A stretch of DNA of 64,000 bases from Candidatus Bathyarchaeota archaeon (lineage in GTDB: Archaea > Thermoproteota > Bathyarchaeia > Bathyarchaeales > Bathycorpusculaceae): the NCBI GenBank assembly GCA_963772455.1, contig CAVYXJ010000013.1, positions 106,315 to 170,314 on the forward strand. The letters run 5' to 3'. Position numbers and translations under genes: made by a program. Shown here one piece after another: positions 39,629 to 50,355 of this stretch. The first letter of the stretch is position 1, and every line of letters begins with the position of its first letter. The notes below the pieces were generated by a model, which was not told the DNA's origin, searched no databases, and worked only from the letters and a program-made list of their open reading frames with translations.

Positions 39629-40804
39629 TGCTTCAAGATAAACTTTGAGCATTTTTTGACTGCAGATCTCCCAAGTAAAGTTTTTGGAGACGAACAATTG
39701 TCCATTAGAACCCATTTTTTCTCTAAGCGCCTTATCGGTGAGAAGTTTTAGTAAAGCATCTGCCAATTCATCAGTGTTTCCCTGATTAACAAGTAAACCT
39801 GTTTCTTTATTCAGCACGGTTTCATTGACTCCGCCAATATCAAAAGCAACCACGGGTTTAGCTGAAGCCTGTGCTTCCAGAAGAACAATTCCTTGTCCCT
39901 CCTGAATAGATGGCAAAACAAAAACATCTGCGCAATTGTAAACTTTTGGGAGCATGTCGTCTTTGAGGTTACCTATGAACCTGAAATTACCTGAAATGTT
40001 GGCGGATTTTACTGAATCATTCAATTGGTTTTTTAGTGGTCCTTCTCCAACAATCAAAAACTTTGTGTCAGATTGGACTTTGACTACTTTTTTAGCTGCT
40101 TCAACCAGAAAAGGGAGACCCTTCCGCGGAATCAGACTACCCACGAATAATACGCATGGTTCATTGCCTAAACCAAATTGTTGCCTTACCGTTTTATTAT
40201 CCATAGGCTTGAATTTTTCTATGTCAACACCGTTTGGAACAATCCGAACCTTACTCTGCTCAATCCCATAATATTTCTGAATTTTTTCAAGGGAATAAGT
40301 GCTGATTGTAACAACTATTGTAGCGTCTTTGGCTGTTTCCTCTTCCAGTTTTGAGAGCTTTTCCATAAAATAGTTTGCAGCCCAGCCTCTAATCGAAGGA
40401 TAGCCGTTTTTCTTTGCTTGCTCATATTCATCGGCCAGAACGCCATGAATTGTATGGATGAATGGCTTCTTTATTCTCTGTTTCTTAAGTGATTTAGGAA
40501 ATCCATATCCACTTACAGCGTGAGCTTCGTAGACATCCGCATTGATTGCGTTGGCTTTCTTGTTGAGGCTTCGGTTGAAAAACCAATTATCTACAGGGAA
40601 AAGAATATCTGTAGAATAACAAGGAACAAATTTCACTCCATTCATGCTGGTGGGATTTTTAAAACTAGCTTTAGTACCGCTATAAACCGTAATATCTGAT
40701 TGGTTTTGTATCCGCTTGGTAGTTTCCATTATGCGTCGCTCAACACCCCCAAAATACAGATGAGGTGGTTGGGTATTGAAGACGGCTAGCGAAAACTTCT
40801 CCAT
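39617..40804 (-). CDS. Glycosyltransferase family 4
   Basis: GGVE, VPNGVD, KG, FVLPS.QEGQGIVLLEA. Confidence 0.92.
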   Translation of the reverse strand: MEKFSLAVFNTQPPHLYFGGVERRIMETTKRIQNQSDITVYSGTKASFKNPTSMNGVKFVPCYSTDILFPVDNWFFNRSLNKKANAINADVYEAHAVSGYGFPKSLKKQRIKKPFIHTIHGVLADEYEQAKKNGYPSIRGWAANYFMEKLSKLEEETAKDATIVVTISTYSLEKIQKYYGIEQSKVRIVPNGVDIEKFKPMDNKTVRQQFGLGNEPCVLFVGSLIPRKGLPFLVEAAKKVVKVQSDTKFLIVGEGPLKNQLNDSVKSANISGNFRFIGNLKDDMLPKVYNCADVFVLPSIQEGQGIVLLEAQASAKPVVAFDIGGVNETVLNKETGLLVNQGNTDELADALLKLLTDKALREKMGSNGQLFVSKNFTWEICSQKMLKVYLEALKT

Positions 40805-41063
40805 GCGTTACATCTCGATTTACTGATAAGTGTGGTTTCAGATATAAGTTAACAGGATTTCTGCAGCCACAAATAAAAATTTAGTTTTAGTGTTACTTGG
40901 CAGAATTATTTGGTGATAGGTTTCAATAATTTCCATTAAATAAGCCCCCATTATTAAACTAAAAATTTCTAAAGTTTAAGCTAAATAAGAAAGTATTAGA
41001 AAAACAGTTATTTTTACAAGTTAAGTTAAATTAAAGTTCAGCATTAAAGTCAAGCGATGACTA

Positions 41064-41861
41064 TTGGCAGCTCATAAATCTAGGTTTAGCATGTTGCGAA
41101 GGAAAGCTCCCCAAATAATTGCTGCAACAATAATTGTCACGTTAGTCGTTTATCTTTTGTTTGAGTTTTTAGAAGATTATTCATTAAATGCTCCATTAAC
41201 AAGTGGTCCCTTGATTAGTGCAATAGTCGCTTTAACACATAACGTAAAAGATACAGTATTCGATTGGGGTTACAATTGGGGGTACTCAGGCATTTTCGGC
41301 TTGATGGTTCTTGAATCCAGTTCTCTGCCTATTCCCAGCGAGATTGTCCTTCCGTTTTCTGGTTACCTTGTTTCTATTGATCGCCTAAACTTTTGGGTAA
41401 CAGTTTTTGTTGCTACTGTTGCCGCAATAATTGGTTCATTGATTGACTATTACATAGGACTAAAGGGTGTTGAAGCCCTTGCTAAACGTCGGATTCTAGG
41501 CAGAGTTCTATTTTCCAAGCATCAACTTGTATTAGCATCTAGATGGTTCGATAAGTACGGAGCGATTATAATTTTTCTAGCACGGTTAATCCCTGGAATT
41601 AGAACTTTAATCTCATTTCCTGCAGGAGCAGCAAAGATGCCCTTGGCAAAGTTTTTGGTGTTTACGATGGCAGGGTGCCTTTTGTGGAACAGTGTTTTGA
41701 TTTACGTAGGTTATTATTTAGGCTCTAACTGGTCAGAAGTCGCCGGTTTTTCACACTTCATACTAATAGCTGTAATAGCTGCTTTGATAGCATTAATTGT
41801 TGCTTACTTCGTGATCCGAAGTAAAAGAAGAAAAGCTCGAGCCCAAACGCAAACCAGCTGA
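41064..41861 (+). CDS. DedA-family membrane protein
   Basis: LESSSLPIPSE, ARLIPGIRT.IS.PAG. Confidence 0.9.
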   Translation: MAAHKSRFSMLRRKAPQIIAATIIVTLVVYLLFEFLEDYSLNAPLTSGPLISAIVALTHNVKDTVFDWGYNWGYSGIFGLMVLESSSLPIPSEIVLPFSGYLVSIDRLNFWVTVFVATVAAIIGSLIDYYIGLKGVEALAKRRILGRVLFSKHQLVLASRWFDKYGAIIIFLARLIPGIRTLISFPAGAAKMPLAKFLVFTMAGCLLWNSVLIYVGYYLGSNWSEVAGFSHFILIAVIAALIALIVAYFVIRSKRRKARAQTQTS

Positions 41862-41868
41862 AAAAAAA

Positions 41869-42894
41869 TTAGCTTATAATATTAATTTTAGGTTTAATTT
41901 TACCTTTGATGCCCAGACCTTTTGCTTCTTTTATTTGTAGCATACAATCGACATGAGATGCCTCATTTAGCACTTTATAATCGATTGATCCAAGGAATGC
42001 AGCATCAATTGAGACAGGCGAGTCAGATGCGAAGACGCCCACGTTTTTCATGATGATTTCGCCTGGGTTAGGTAAACAATCACAATATTGAGTGATATCT
42101 TTTGCAAAACTTACATAGGAAACTTTGCTTGATCTGAATGTTGAGATAACTCCTAAAGCAGCTGAAGCTAACGCCTTGCAGAGGTTTCCTTTATCGACGA
42201 AACTGATAGCTTCCATTGGGCAAGCACCGATGCAAACTGGGCAGCACATACATAATGACGAAGTATTTCTTGCTTTTCCCTCGATGATTTCTGGAAGGTT
42301 ACTGGGGCAAGCTTCTTTGCATTTTCCACATCCGACGCATTTGGCTATATCTATTTCTAGACCAACTGTTCTGTGTTGTCTAAACTTTCCAAGAATCGCT
42401 GTGCATCCCATGCCTAAATTTTTTATGGCGCCGCCGAATCCGCTGAGTTCATGACCTTTACAATGTGAGATCACAATCATGGCGTCTGCTTGAGCGATAG
42501 CGCCTGAAACTTCAATTTCTTTCAAGATGCCTTTAGTTTTTATCGTTTGAAAGTTTTCGCCTTTTAGTCCATCTGCGACAATGAATGGTGCCATGTTGAA
42601 GCCATTCATTAAAGCTGTATTCATGTGGTCGTAGGCGTTATTTCTTTGAGCGTGGTAGGCTGTGTTGGAGTCTGTGAGAAAGGGTTTGCCTCCTGCATCT
42701 TTAATTCTGCGAATTATTTCATGGACAAAGCATGGCTGTACATAGTAAGGATTACCTAACTCGCCAACATGCAATTTGACCGCTACAAGATCATCTTTCT
42801 GTATACAATCAAAGGTCCCTGATTCATCATAGAGACGATTTGTTTCTTCTAACAAGTTACGGCTTGTATCCCATGGAACTAGATTAACAATCAC
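41869..42894 (-). CDS. DUF362-domain protein with ferredoxin insertion
   Basis: VAVKLHVGE.GN, PFLTDSNT, HCKGH..GFGGAIKNLGMG, CxxCxxCxxxCP twice, CDC, S.DPVSID. Confidence 0.85.
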   Translation of the reverse strand: MIVNLVPWDTSRNLLEETNRLYDESGTFDCIQKDDLVAVKLHVGELGNPYYVQPCFVHEIIRRIKDAGGKPFLTDSNTAYHAQRNNAYDHMNTALMNGFNMAPFIVADGLKGENFQTIKTKGILKEIEVSGAIAQADAMIVISHCKGHELSGFGGAIKNLGMGCTAILGKFRQHRTVGLEIDIAKCVGCGKCKEACPSNLPEIIEGKARNTSSLCMCCPVCIGACPMEAISFVDKGNLCKALASAALGVISTFRSSKVSYVSFAKDITQYCDCLPNPGEIIMKNVGVFASDSPVSIDAAFLGSIDYKVLNEASHVDCMLQIKEAKGLGIKGKIKPKINIIS

Positions 42895-42913
42895 GACTAT
42901 TTCCCCCGATTGG

Positions 42914-43165
42914 CTAATATTTTTTTCCTGAACTAAGCTTTTTTTGAATTTCTTGAACATCTTTTTCCTTATCGGATAAAATGTTTATCCACAGTTCAAA
43001 CTCAGCTTTAGAAATTTCTTTTTGGATTACTCCTTGTTGGTCTCCTGAAAAAAACTTTGATATTCCTGAGGAAAACAATTTCACATAGAAAATCCTATCA
43101 GCAATAATTATTTTGGAAGAACAACAAACTAGTTCACCCTCATCATAATCGATTTCATAGACCAT
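42914..43165 (-). CDS. Hypothetical protein
   Basis: 83-aa ORF with GAGAGGG SD; co-oriented upstream of the DUF362 gene. Confidence 0.6.
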   Translation of the reverse strand: MVYEIDYDEGELVCCSSKIIIADRIFYVKLFSSGISKFFSGDQQGVIQKEISKAEFELWINILSDKEKDVQEIQKKLSSGKKY

Positions 43166-43286
43166 TAATCAAGACCCTCTCTGAAAGCGTGGGTTAATGT
43201 TTACTTAAAATTTTCCCAAAAAAAAGACAAAATACCTTTTATAATTGATAAAGGTAAGACGAATTATTAATCTTCCATATTTTGTT

Positions 43287-44879
43287 TTACTTTCCATTAT
43301 CTTTGGAACTTTCCGAATTTTTGTGTTTGTATAACAAGTAACCCGAAGCTACAACGATAATTATAATGGCGACTACGGCTACAATTGCAATAATTGGGAA
43401 AGGTGAAACGTTAAAAAAAACTGTTTTTTCAGCTAAATTGCCTAAATCATCCGCGGCATAGAGAGTCAAACTGTGGGCTCCATTAGATAAAGCTGGCAGT
43501 GTGACATTACCGACAATATCTTTCTTACTTTGTCCATCCAAACTATAAGATAAATTAGAAAAAGCTTCATTTAGCGTAAACGTTAACTGAATGTCGGTTA
43601 CGCTGTAAGTTTGGTTTTGAGGAACTAATATCTGAAGAATTGGAGGAAGCATATCAATTGAGAAGAAAACAGTGTTCGAAAAACCCATGTTTCCTAAGCT
43701 ATCGTTCGCATAAATTGTAACGTTATGGGCTCCTTCAGAGAGACCTAGAAGATTTGTTTCTGTTTTTAAGGTGACATTTGGATGGTTGTCAATGCTATAA
43801 CCCATCCATTGTGTCCCCCTGTTAATTTTATACGATAAAGTAACATTTGAGTAAGTTTTGTTCTCAGGGGAAGTAATCTGAACGATGGGAGGAATCTTTC
43901 CATACCCTATGGGCTTATACTGTTCGTTCACATTTAGCCAGTTTGTTCCATCAAAACCACCTATAGCATAAAGAACATCATTTACTACCGCTACTCCCAA
44001 ATATGCTCTTGAAGTAGGCATAGATTCAGCAATGCTCCACGAATTGTTCTCATAATTGTATGCTTGAGATTGCCCTGTAAATTTTCCCGTAGAATGTCCG
44101 CCAACATAGTATATTCTTTGTAGAGCCATATACCCTTCAGTGGTTCCGGCTGCCCCGTAACTAACAGCATGAGGCAAATTTGCAGCTAAACTCCAAGTGT
44201 CATTTTGAGGATGAAAAACTTGGTTGGCATCTGTTGTTAGAGTATTCTCTAATGATAAAGATTTTAGTGATCCGCCCATAATGTAGATATTGCCATTGAA
44301 AACGGCTGAGGCATAACCCTGAACGGCAGTGGGAATTGACATTTTTGTACTCCAAGAATCGTTAGCTGGGTAATAGACTTCATTTATGTTAGTTTCATTG
44401 AAGAAGGGGGTTGTACTGGAGTATTTTTTGCCACCAATAAGGTAAATTTTATCATCAACTAAATTTGCACACAAGTCTGCTCTAGGTGTTGGCATCGATG
44501 TTTTTGTTTCCCAAGTGTTGGTTAAAGGATCATAGACCTCGTTGTTACCGACATATCCATAACCAACAGATCCGCCTATAACGTAAATTTTATTCTGGTA
44601 AACCGTGATTGCGAACCCGCTTCTGGGTGTAGGCATCGGCGTCTTGCTTATCCATTCATTAGTTTGAGGATTGTACTCTTCTGTTACGCTGACTGGAAGA
44701 TCACTTCCCGTTAAACCGCCAATTGCATAAATTTTTCCCTCAACAACAGCTACTCCGAACCCTCCGCGAGCGGTAAGCATAGGATTCATAGTGGTCCAAG
44801 AAGATTCTATGTCAGCTCCTTCTGTCGGGGGCAGATTGATTGCTGGTAGAAGGGTTAATGCGATAAGCATGATGATCAC
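43287..44879 (-). CDS. Cell-surface Kelch beta-propeller protein with Ig-like domains and C-terminal TM
   Basis: Signal peptide, six Kelch repeats (IY.IGG..Y.P..W), G.H..T.YA.D..GN repeats, C-terminal TM. Confidence 0.9.
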   Translation of the reverse strand: MIIMLIALTLLPAINLPPTEGADIESSWTTMNPMLTARGGFGVAVVEGKIYAIGGLTGSDLPVSVTEEYNPQTNEWISKTPMPTPRSGFAITVYQNKIYVIGGSVGYGYVGNNEVYDPLTNTWETKTSMPTPRADLCANLVDDKIYLIGGKKYSSTTPFFNETNINEVYYPANDSWSTKMSIPTAVQGYASAVFNGNIYIMGGSLKSLSLENTLTTDANQVFHPQNDTWSLAANLPHAVSYGAAGTTEGYMALQRIYYVGGHSTGKFTGQSQAYNYENNSWSIAESMPTSRAYLGVAVVNDVLYAIGGFDGTNWLNVNEQYKPIGYGKIPPIVQITSPENKTYSNVTLSYKINRGTQWMGYSIDNHPNVTLKTETNLLGLSEGAHNVTIYANDSLGNMGFSNTVFFSIDMLPPILQILVPQNQTYSVTDIQLTFTLNEAFSNLSYSLDGQSKKDIVGNVTLPALSNGAHSLTLYAADDLGNLAEKTVFFNVSPFPIIAIVAVVAIIIIVVASGYLLYKHKNSESSKDNGK

Positions 44880-45070
44880 AATTTGAATATGCTTATTTAT
44901 CGAAGTACCCCCAACAATTTTACTTTAGTATAAAATAGCACATTATCCTTATAATGCTAAGGGTAAAATGTCTTTGCATTGTTCCAGAAAAAATAACAGT
45001 TTCTAGTGGGCTTTGAAATTAGGAAAAGTTTAATGGCTCTAAGAAACATATTTTTCTTGGGTTTAATCTA

Positions 45071-45520
45071 TTGATTCGTAATGTTTTGGTTGCTATTGAT
45101 GGATCAGAAAATTCTGATAGAGCGCTGGATTTTAGTCTTGATCTAGCAGAAAAATATGGTGCAGCTGTCAGAGTTTTAAATGTTAGTGAATCTCCCGCGA
45201 TGGGGGCTGTTCCAATAGAACCAACGACTGTTTCTGGAGAGAGTATGGTTGTGTTTGCAAAGGACCTTCAGAGATTTCATGAAGAAATTCTAAATAAAGC
45301 AGTTGTTCATGCGAAAGAGCTTAAGCCTAACATAGTTGTATCATCAAAGTTGCGTGAGGGCGATCCTGCTTTGGAGATTGTTGATGAGTCGAAGGATGAA
45401 GGATTCGATATTATTGTGGTTGGTCATCATGGTTTAGGTAGAGTTAGGGAACTTTTTTTGGGAAATATTAGCGAGAAAGTCGCTCACTTGGCGCCTTGCC
45501 CTGTCGTAATTGTGAAATAA
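45071..45520 (+). CDS. uspA: Universal stress protein
   Basis: VAIDGSENS.RA, GDPA, IVVG..G..LGNISEKV..APCPV. Confidence 0.92.
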   Translation: MIRNVLVAIDGSENSDRALDFSLDLAEKYGAAVRVLNVSESPAMGAVPIEPTTVSGESMVVFAKDLQRFHEEILNKAVVHAKELKPNIVVSSKLREGDPALEIVDESKDEGFDIIVVGHHGLGRVRELFLGNISEKVAHLAPCPVVIVK

Positions 45521-45687
45521 ATTGTAGAAATTGTGGACAATCTAATATTAAACAGAAAAATTGCTAACCAAAAAAGGACTTAGATTATTTTCAATATTAG
45601 TTATCCATTTTTATTATTACCCAGTCTCTGAAAAAAGCGCTTTAGTTATATTTACCTTCTAAATCATATTTTACTTGGTTTTTTCAC

Positions 45688-46599
45688 TTGATAACTGTAA
45701 TTGGGGCTGGCAAAGTAGGAAGCGCAGCAGCTTTCGATATTCTACGTTATAAAATAAGTGACGTTGTGTTAATTGATACAAACGAAAAACAGGCAAAAGG
45801 TGAAGCCCTTGACATGATGCAGGCTGCGCCGGCAATCGAATTTGATGGTGTAATCCGTGGAACCAGTGACTATAAGGAGATGGCGGGTTCGGAACTTGTG
45901 ATTGTAACCGCTGGACTTGGTCGAAGACCTGATATGACACGATTTGACCTCATGAATACCAATGCACAAATCATAAGATCAATCGTTAAAGAAGTTGTAA
46001 AGTATGCACCTAACTGTAAACTCATGATGGTGTCCAACCCAGTTGACATTATGACATATATTGCATTTAACGAAACTGGTTTTCCTCGCAGCCGTCTGTT
46101 TGGCATGGGCAACATCTTGGACTCCATGCGTTTTAGGACCTACATTGCCAATGAACTGAATGTTTCACGTGAAGACACAAGAGCTTTAGTAATTGGTGAA
46201 CACGGCGACTCAATGGTGCCGCTGGTTGAATACGCCTCAGTTTCAGGCATACCTATATTGAGCCTACTGACAAGCGAGCAAATCGACGGAATAGTACATC
46301 GAACGATAACTTCAGGGGCAGATGTAATCCAATTAAAAGGCAGCACGGTATATGCGCCAGGCACAGTTATTGCGATAATGGCAGATGCAATTTTGACTGG
46401 AAGAAACCGCGTAATGAGCGTCTCAACATGTTTATGCGGTGAATATGGTGCTTCGGGAGTGTCAATTGGGGTACCTGTGATTCTTGGAAAAGAAGGGGTT
46501 GAAAAAATAATTGAACTTGAACTATCCAAGAAAACTAAGGAACTTTTTACAAAATCAATTACCGTGGTTAAAGATGCAATTGCTGCATTGAAGAGTTAA
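45688..46599 (+). CDS. mdh: Malate dehydrogenase (LDH-like)
   Basis: GAGKVG, TAGLGRRPDMTR.DL, NPVD, LDS.R, GEHGD. Confidence 0.9.
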   Translation: MITVIGAGKVGSAAAFDILRYKISDVVLIDTNEKQAKGEALDMMQAAPAIEFDGVIRGTSDYKEMAGSELVIVTAGLGRRPDMTRFDLMNTNAQIIRSIVKEVVKYAPNCKLMMVSNPVDIMTYIAFNETGFPRSRLFGMGNILDSMRFRTYIANELNVSREDTRALVIGEHGDSMVPLVEYASVSGIPILSLLTSEQIDGIVHRTITSGADVIQLKGSTVYAPGTVIAIMADAILTGRNRVMSVSTCLCGEYGASGVSIGVPVILGKEGVEKIIELELSKKTKELFTKSITVVKDAIAALKS

Positions 46600-46624
46600 A
46601 TTATCTATAAATTCAAAATAGATT

Positions 46625-46660
46625 GGGTAGTTTTGAAATTACCCTATTTTTTTATATTTT
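46625..46660 (+). terminator. Hairpin plus T-tract after mdh
   Basis: GGGTAG..TTACCC followed by T runs. Confidence 0.45.
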
Positions 46661-46722
46661 TTTGGGAGCTCTAATAAAAAAAGCTCATGTTATCTTATGT
46701 ACGTATTAAAAGAAGAAGAATT

Positions 46723-46917
46723 TTATATTACAGCCTTAATTTTAGCGCAGTAAAAATTACCATTTTGACGCACAAATGCCGGGCATTTTCCATTATAGCA
46801 ATTCTCAAGCCATTGACATGGAGCTCGAATTTCATGTATTCGAGGCATGTATCCGCGTGAATTAACCATTTCTTGGTGAGTTTCTCGTTTAGAAATTTGT
46901 TTTAAAATTGTTTCCAT
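46723..46917 (-). CDS. Small 4-Cys hypothetical protein
   Basis: 64 aa, AGGTG SD upstream, C-x5-C-x4-C-x11-C. Confidence 0.55.
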   Translation of the reverse strand: METILKQISKRETHQEMVNSRGYMPRIHEIRAPCQWLENCYNGKCPAFVRQNGNFYCAKIKAVI

Positions 46918-47110
46918 TTCAAAAACACCTTCAAGTTTTGCTAACCTGCTTGAGAAATACTATTGCTAAGTTCCTGTTATTAAAAATGTGTTGCAGTAGT
47001 TGTACAACAACATAAGCATATAAGCACTAACAAGTTCAAAGAAAAAAACTCTGACTTGGGTATACAAAGTGTTATTTAGCAGTTGGCGGCTTTCTTTGTT
47101 TTGGTGCTGA

Positions 47111-48034
<924 letters not shown>

Positions 48035-50251
48035 TTAAGTCGATGTGAATCGATCGAAAGTTGTAAGGGTGCTCATGGAGCCGCAAGAGGGGCATTTATG
48101 CAGGGTGCCGAACCAGTTTTTCTTGCAGTTATCGCAGAAGCTAACTAGGCGGTTGTAGGTGAAGAATTCTATTGATTGATTCTCCATTAGGCGTTGCGTT
48201 AAATTCATCAATGCTTCAGGCGTATATTGGGCATCTTCAAGTTCGATGATGCTGAGGTTTCCGCCAGCATTCAACCCTTTCCATCTCTGTGCTGTCTCAA
48301 GCATCTCAGTTTTTATGCTAAGAAGATCAGCAGCTTTCACTTGGAAACGTTTAGCAGTTGAATAATAGGGTTTTTCCCTTGTTCCTGAAAACTTCACTTT
48401 GGCAACGCCGTACCGTTCAATGTCCAATTGTGCCAGTCGCTCAGATGCTTCTGAGCTGCCAAGTATGACTGGGTAGAGACGTTTGCCATATTTTCTACCG
48501 ATTTTCTGTTTGAAAGCTAAAAGATTCTGGATTGTCTCTTCTGCAAATTTGCGGCTTTCTTCTGAGTTGACGTTTTTTTCGGTGAAGGCTTCCGTGGCTT
48601 CTTGGAGCCCAGCTAAATTAATTATTCGTGAGCAATTTTCAAGTCGGAAATAGGTGTCGCCGCCTGCTTTTTGCAGAAGAAAAGGCAATGAAGTTTTGCC
48701 GAATTGTTTGAGCGCATTATTCTTTATGCTCAACGCACGGGCGGCAAGCTCAAAACGTTCCCGCATCAACTCATAGAACTTGTTTTTGTCCTTCTCACAT
48801 TCAAGAGCAATTCTGGGTAAATTAATAGTTACAAATCCCAAACAACCAGTCCGCAATGTGTCCGTTTCCCAGTCACCTGTCAAATCAGCTGCGAATTTTA
48901 TGCCTGAAGAGGAAAAAGCCACGTTTTCGCTCTCCTTCTTAGTCATGTTAGCAAAATAGGGAATCCCACTTTTCGCCGCTAACTGATGTGCTTTAAGCAA
49001 AACCGATTTAGCGTTTTCGTCACCCAAAGCGGCTTCATTGATTTTTATAACCAGCCTTGGACTAAGCAAAGGTTTACTGATGCTTTCTTCAGCAAAAACA
49101 TCGATGACAAGCGATGCCACAAGTTGGCTTTCTTTTGTGAAGTCGCCATATTTACCGTTTGATTTGCCCTGTGGACCGATGGCTTCTTTTTCAGCAGTAA
49201 ATTTAGGAATCGAAAGCTCAAGACCCAAAGTAGCCTCAGCATGTTGATTGAGGTTTTGAATAAACAAGCGCAAGTTTTCTTTGATCTTTTCAACTTCGTA
49301 TCCCCTAACAAATGGGGCGAGAAAAACATTGAAGTAATTGAAGGTTTGAGTGTGATTTGTTTCTTTGCTAGCGTGCAAAATAACGTTAAATGCAATTGAT
49401 AATGCAGATTTTAGGTCGTTAGGAGTTTCCATGGCGACTTGAAGGGGATTGTCGAGTTTGATACCATGTTGAAAGAAATAGCGTAGATCATGGATGACTT
49501 CGTTGGGTTTCAGTATCCATGTGCCTAAGCCTTCGATGTGGAGGGCTCCTGATAGATGCGCATCGGCAATGTCTCTTGGAAAAACATTTAGCAATGTATA
49601 TTCACCAAGGACGGTTTGGCCTGCTTTGTTAATTGTTGCTTCTGAGTCTTGGGGGTGGTCTTTTGATTCGATTAACGCGGTTACTTCATGAATTGGCATG
49701 CCGACTCTTGTGAGTTTATTGCGGTAATCTTCAAAGCCTTTTTCAACTAAAATGCCGTTCACAACTTCCCTGATTAGCGAGGCTGTTAGATACTTTGTTT
49801 TTGATTTGACGAGGCGTTTTTCAGTTTCTTTAGCGGCTTTCTGAGCCAGTTCCGCTGGAACTTTCGCTTCTTTAATGAGGGAATTAGCTATTTTGTTAAC
49901 GTCAAATTCTTCAAGAGTTAAATGCGATGTGCGAACAACCATACCTCGTGGTTTGACTGCTTTCTTTTCTACGCGGTCAGCAACATCAAGCACCATTTTG
50001 CCAAGGTCAGTTAAGAAATACTTTTTTGCTTCAACATCTGCCTCAACTAAATCAGCTTTTAACAAGAATTTTAGGTGATAAGCGAACCTGCCAGCGTCTC
50101 TGCTGGGATTCATTTTAAGGTGGTTCATAAGTTCAGTGTAAGATAGGGCGCTTTTGTCGAAGAGTAGGTTTAGGATTTGCAGCCTAAGCGGTGATGAGAC
50201 TGCTTTAAGCACTTTGACGCCGCGTGTACGAATCGGAGGCTGATTTACCAT
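48035..50251 (-). CDS. ArsR-HTH + ATP-cone + class III ribonucleotide reductase-like fusion, probably catalytically inactive
   Basis: N-terminal winged HTH; ATP-cone (VVRTS..EEFD..KI..SL); NrdD-like body (AH.SG.LHI, HDLRYF, TINLPRIA, SERLA.LD, GGN, Zn CxxC..CPxCG); ends DRFTST* without GY. Confidence 0.85.
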   Translation of the reverse strand: MVNQPPIRTRGVKVLKAVSSPLRLQILNLLFDKSALSYTELMNHLKMNPSRDAGRFAYHLKFLLKADLVEADVEAKKYFLTDLGKMVLDVADRVEKKAVKPRGMVVRTSHLTLEEFDVNKIANSLIKEAKVPAELAQKAAKETEKRLVKSKTKYLTASLIREVVNGILVEKGFEDYRNKLTRVGMPIHEVTALIESKDHPQDSEATINKAGQTVLGEYTLLNVFPRDIADAHLSGALHIEGLGTWILKPNEVIHDLRYFFQHGIKLDNPLQVAMETPNDLKSALSIAFNVILHASKETNHTQTFNYFNVFLAPFVRGYEVEKIKENLRLFIQNLNQHAEATLGLELSIPKFTAEKEAIGPQGKSNGKYGDFTKESQLVASLVIDVFAEESISKPLLSPRLVIKINEAALGDENAKSVLLKAHQLAAKSGIPYFANMTKKESENVAFSSSGIKFAADLTGDWETDTLRTGCLGFVTINLPRIALECEKDKNKFYELMRERFELAARALSIKNNALKQFGKTSLPFLLQKAGGDTYFRLENCSRIINLAGLQEATEAFTEKNVNSEESRKFAEETIQNLLAFKQKIGRKYGKRLYPVILGSSEASERLAQLDIERYGVAKVKFSGTREKPYYSTAKRFQVKAADLLSIKTEMLETAQRWKGLNAGGNLSIIELEDAQYTPEALMNLTQRLMENQSIEFFTYNRLVSFCDNCKKNWFGTLHKCPSCGSMSTLTTFDRFTST

Positions 50252-50355
50252 GCCTTATTCACTCCAGAACTCCTCAAACTATGGGGTTTACCTATTATGA
50301 AGGTGCAGATTTTAAACTTAACTAAGAAGCGACATTTGCCAATCATGTTTAACGC

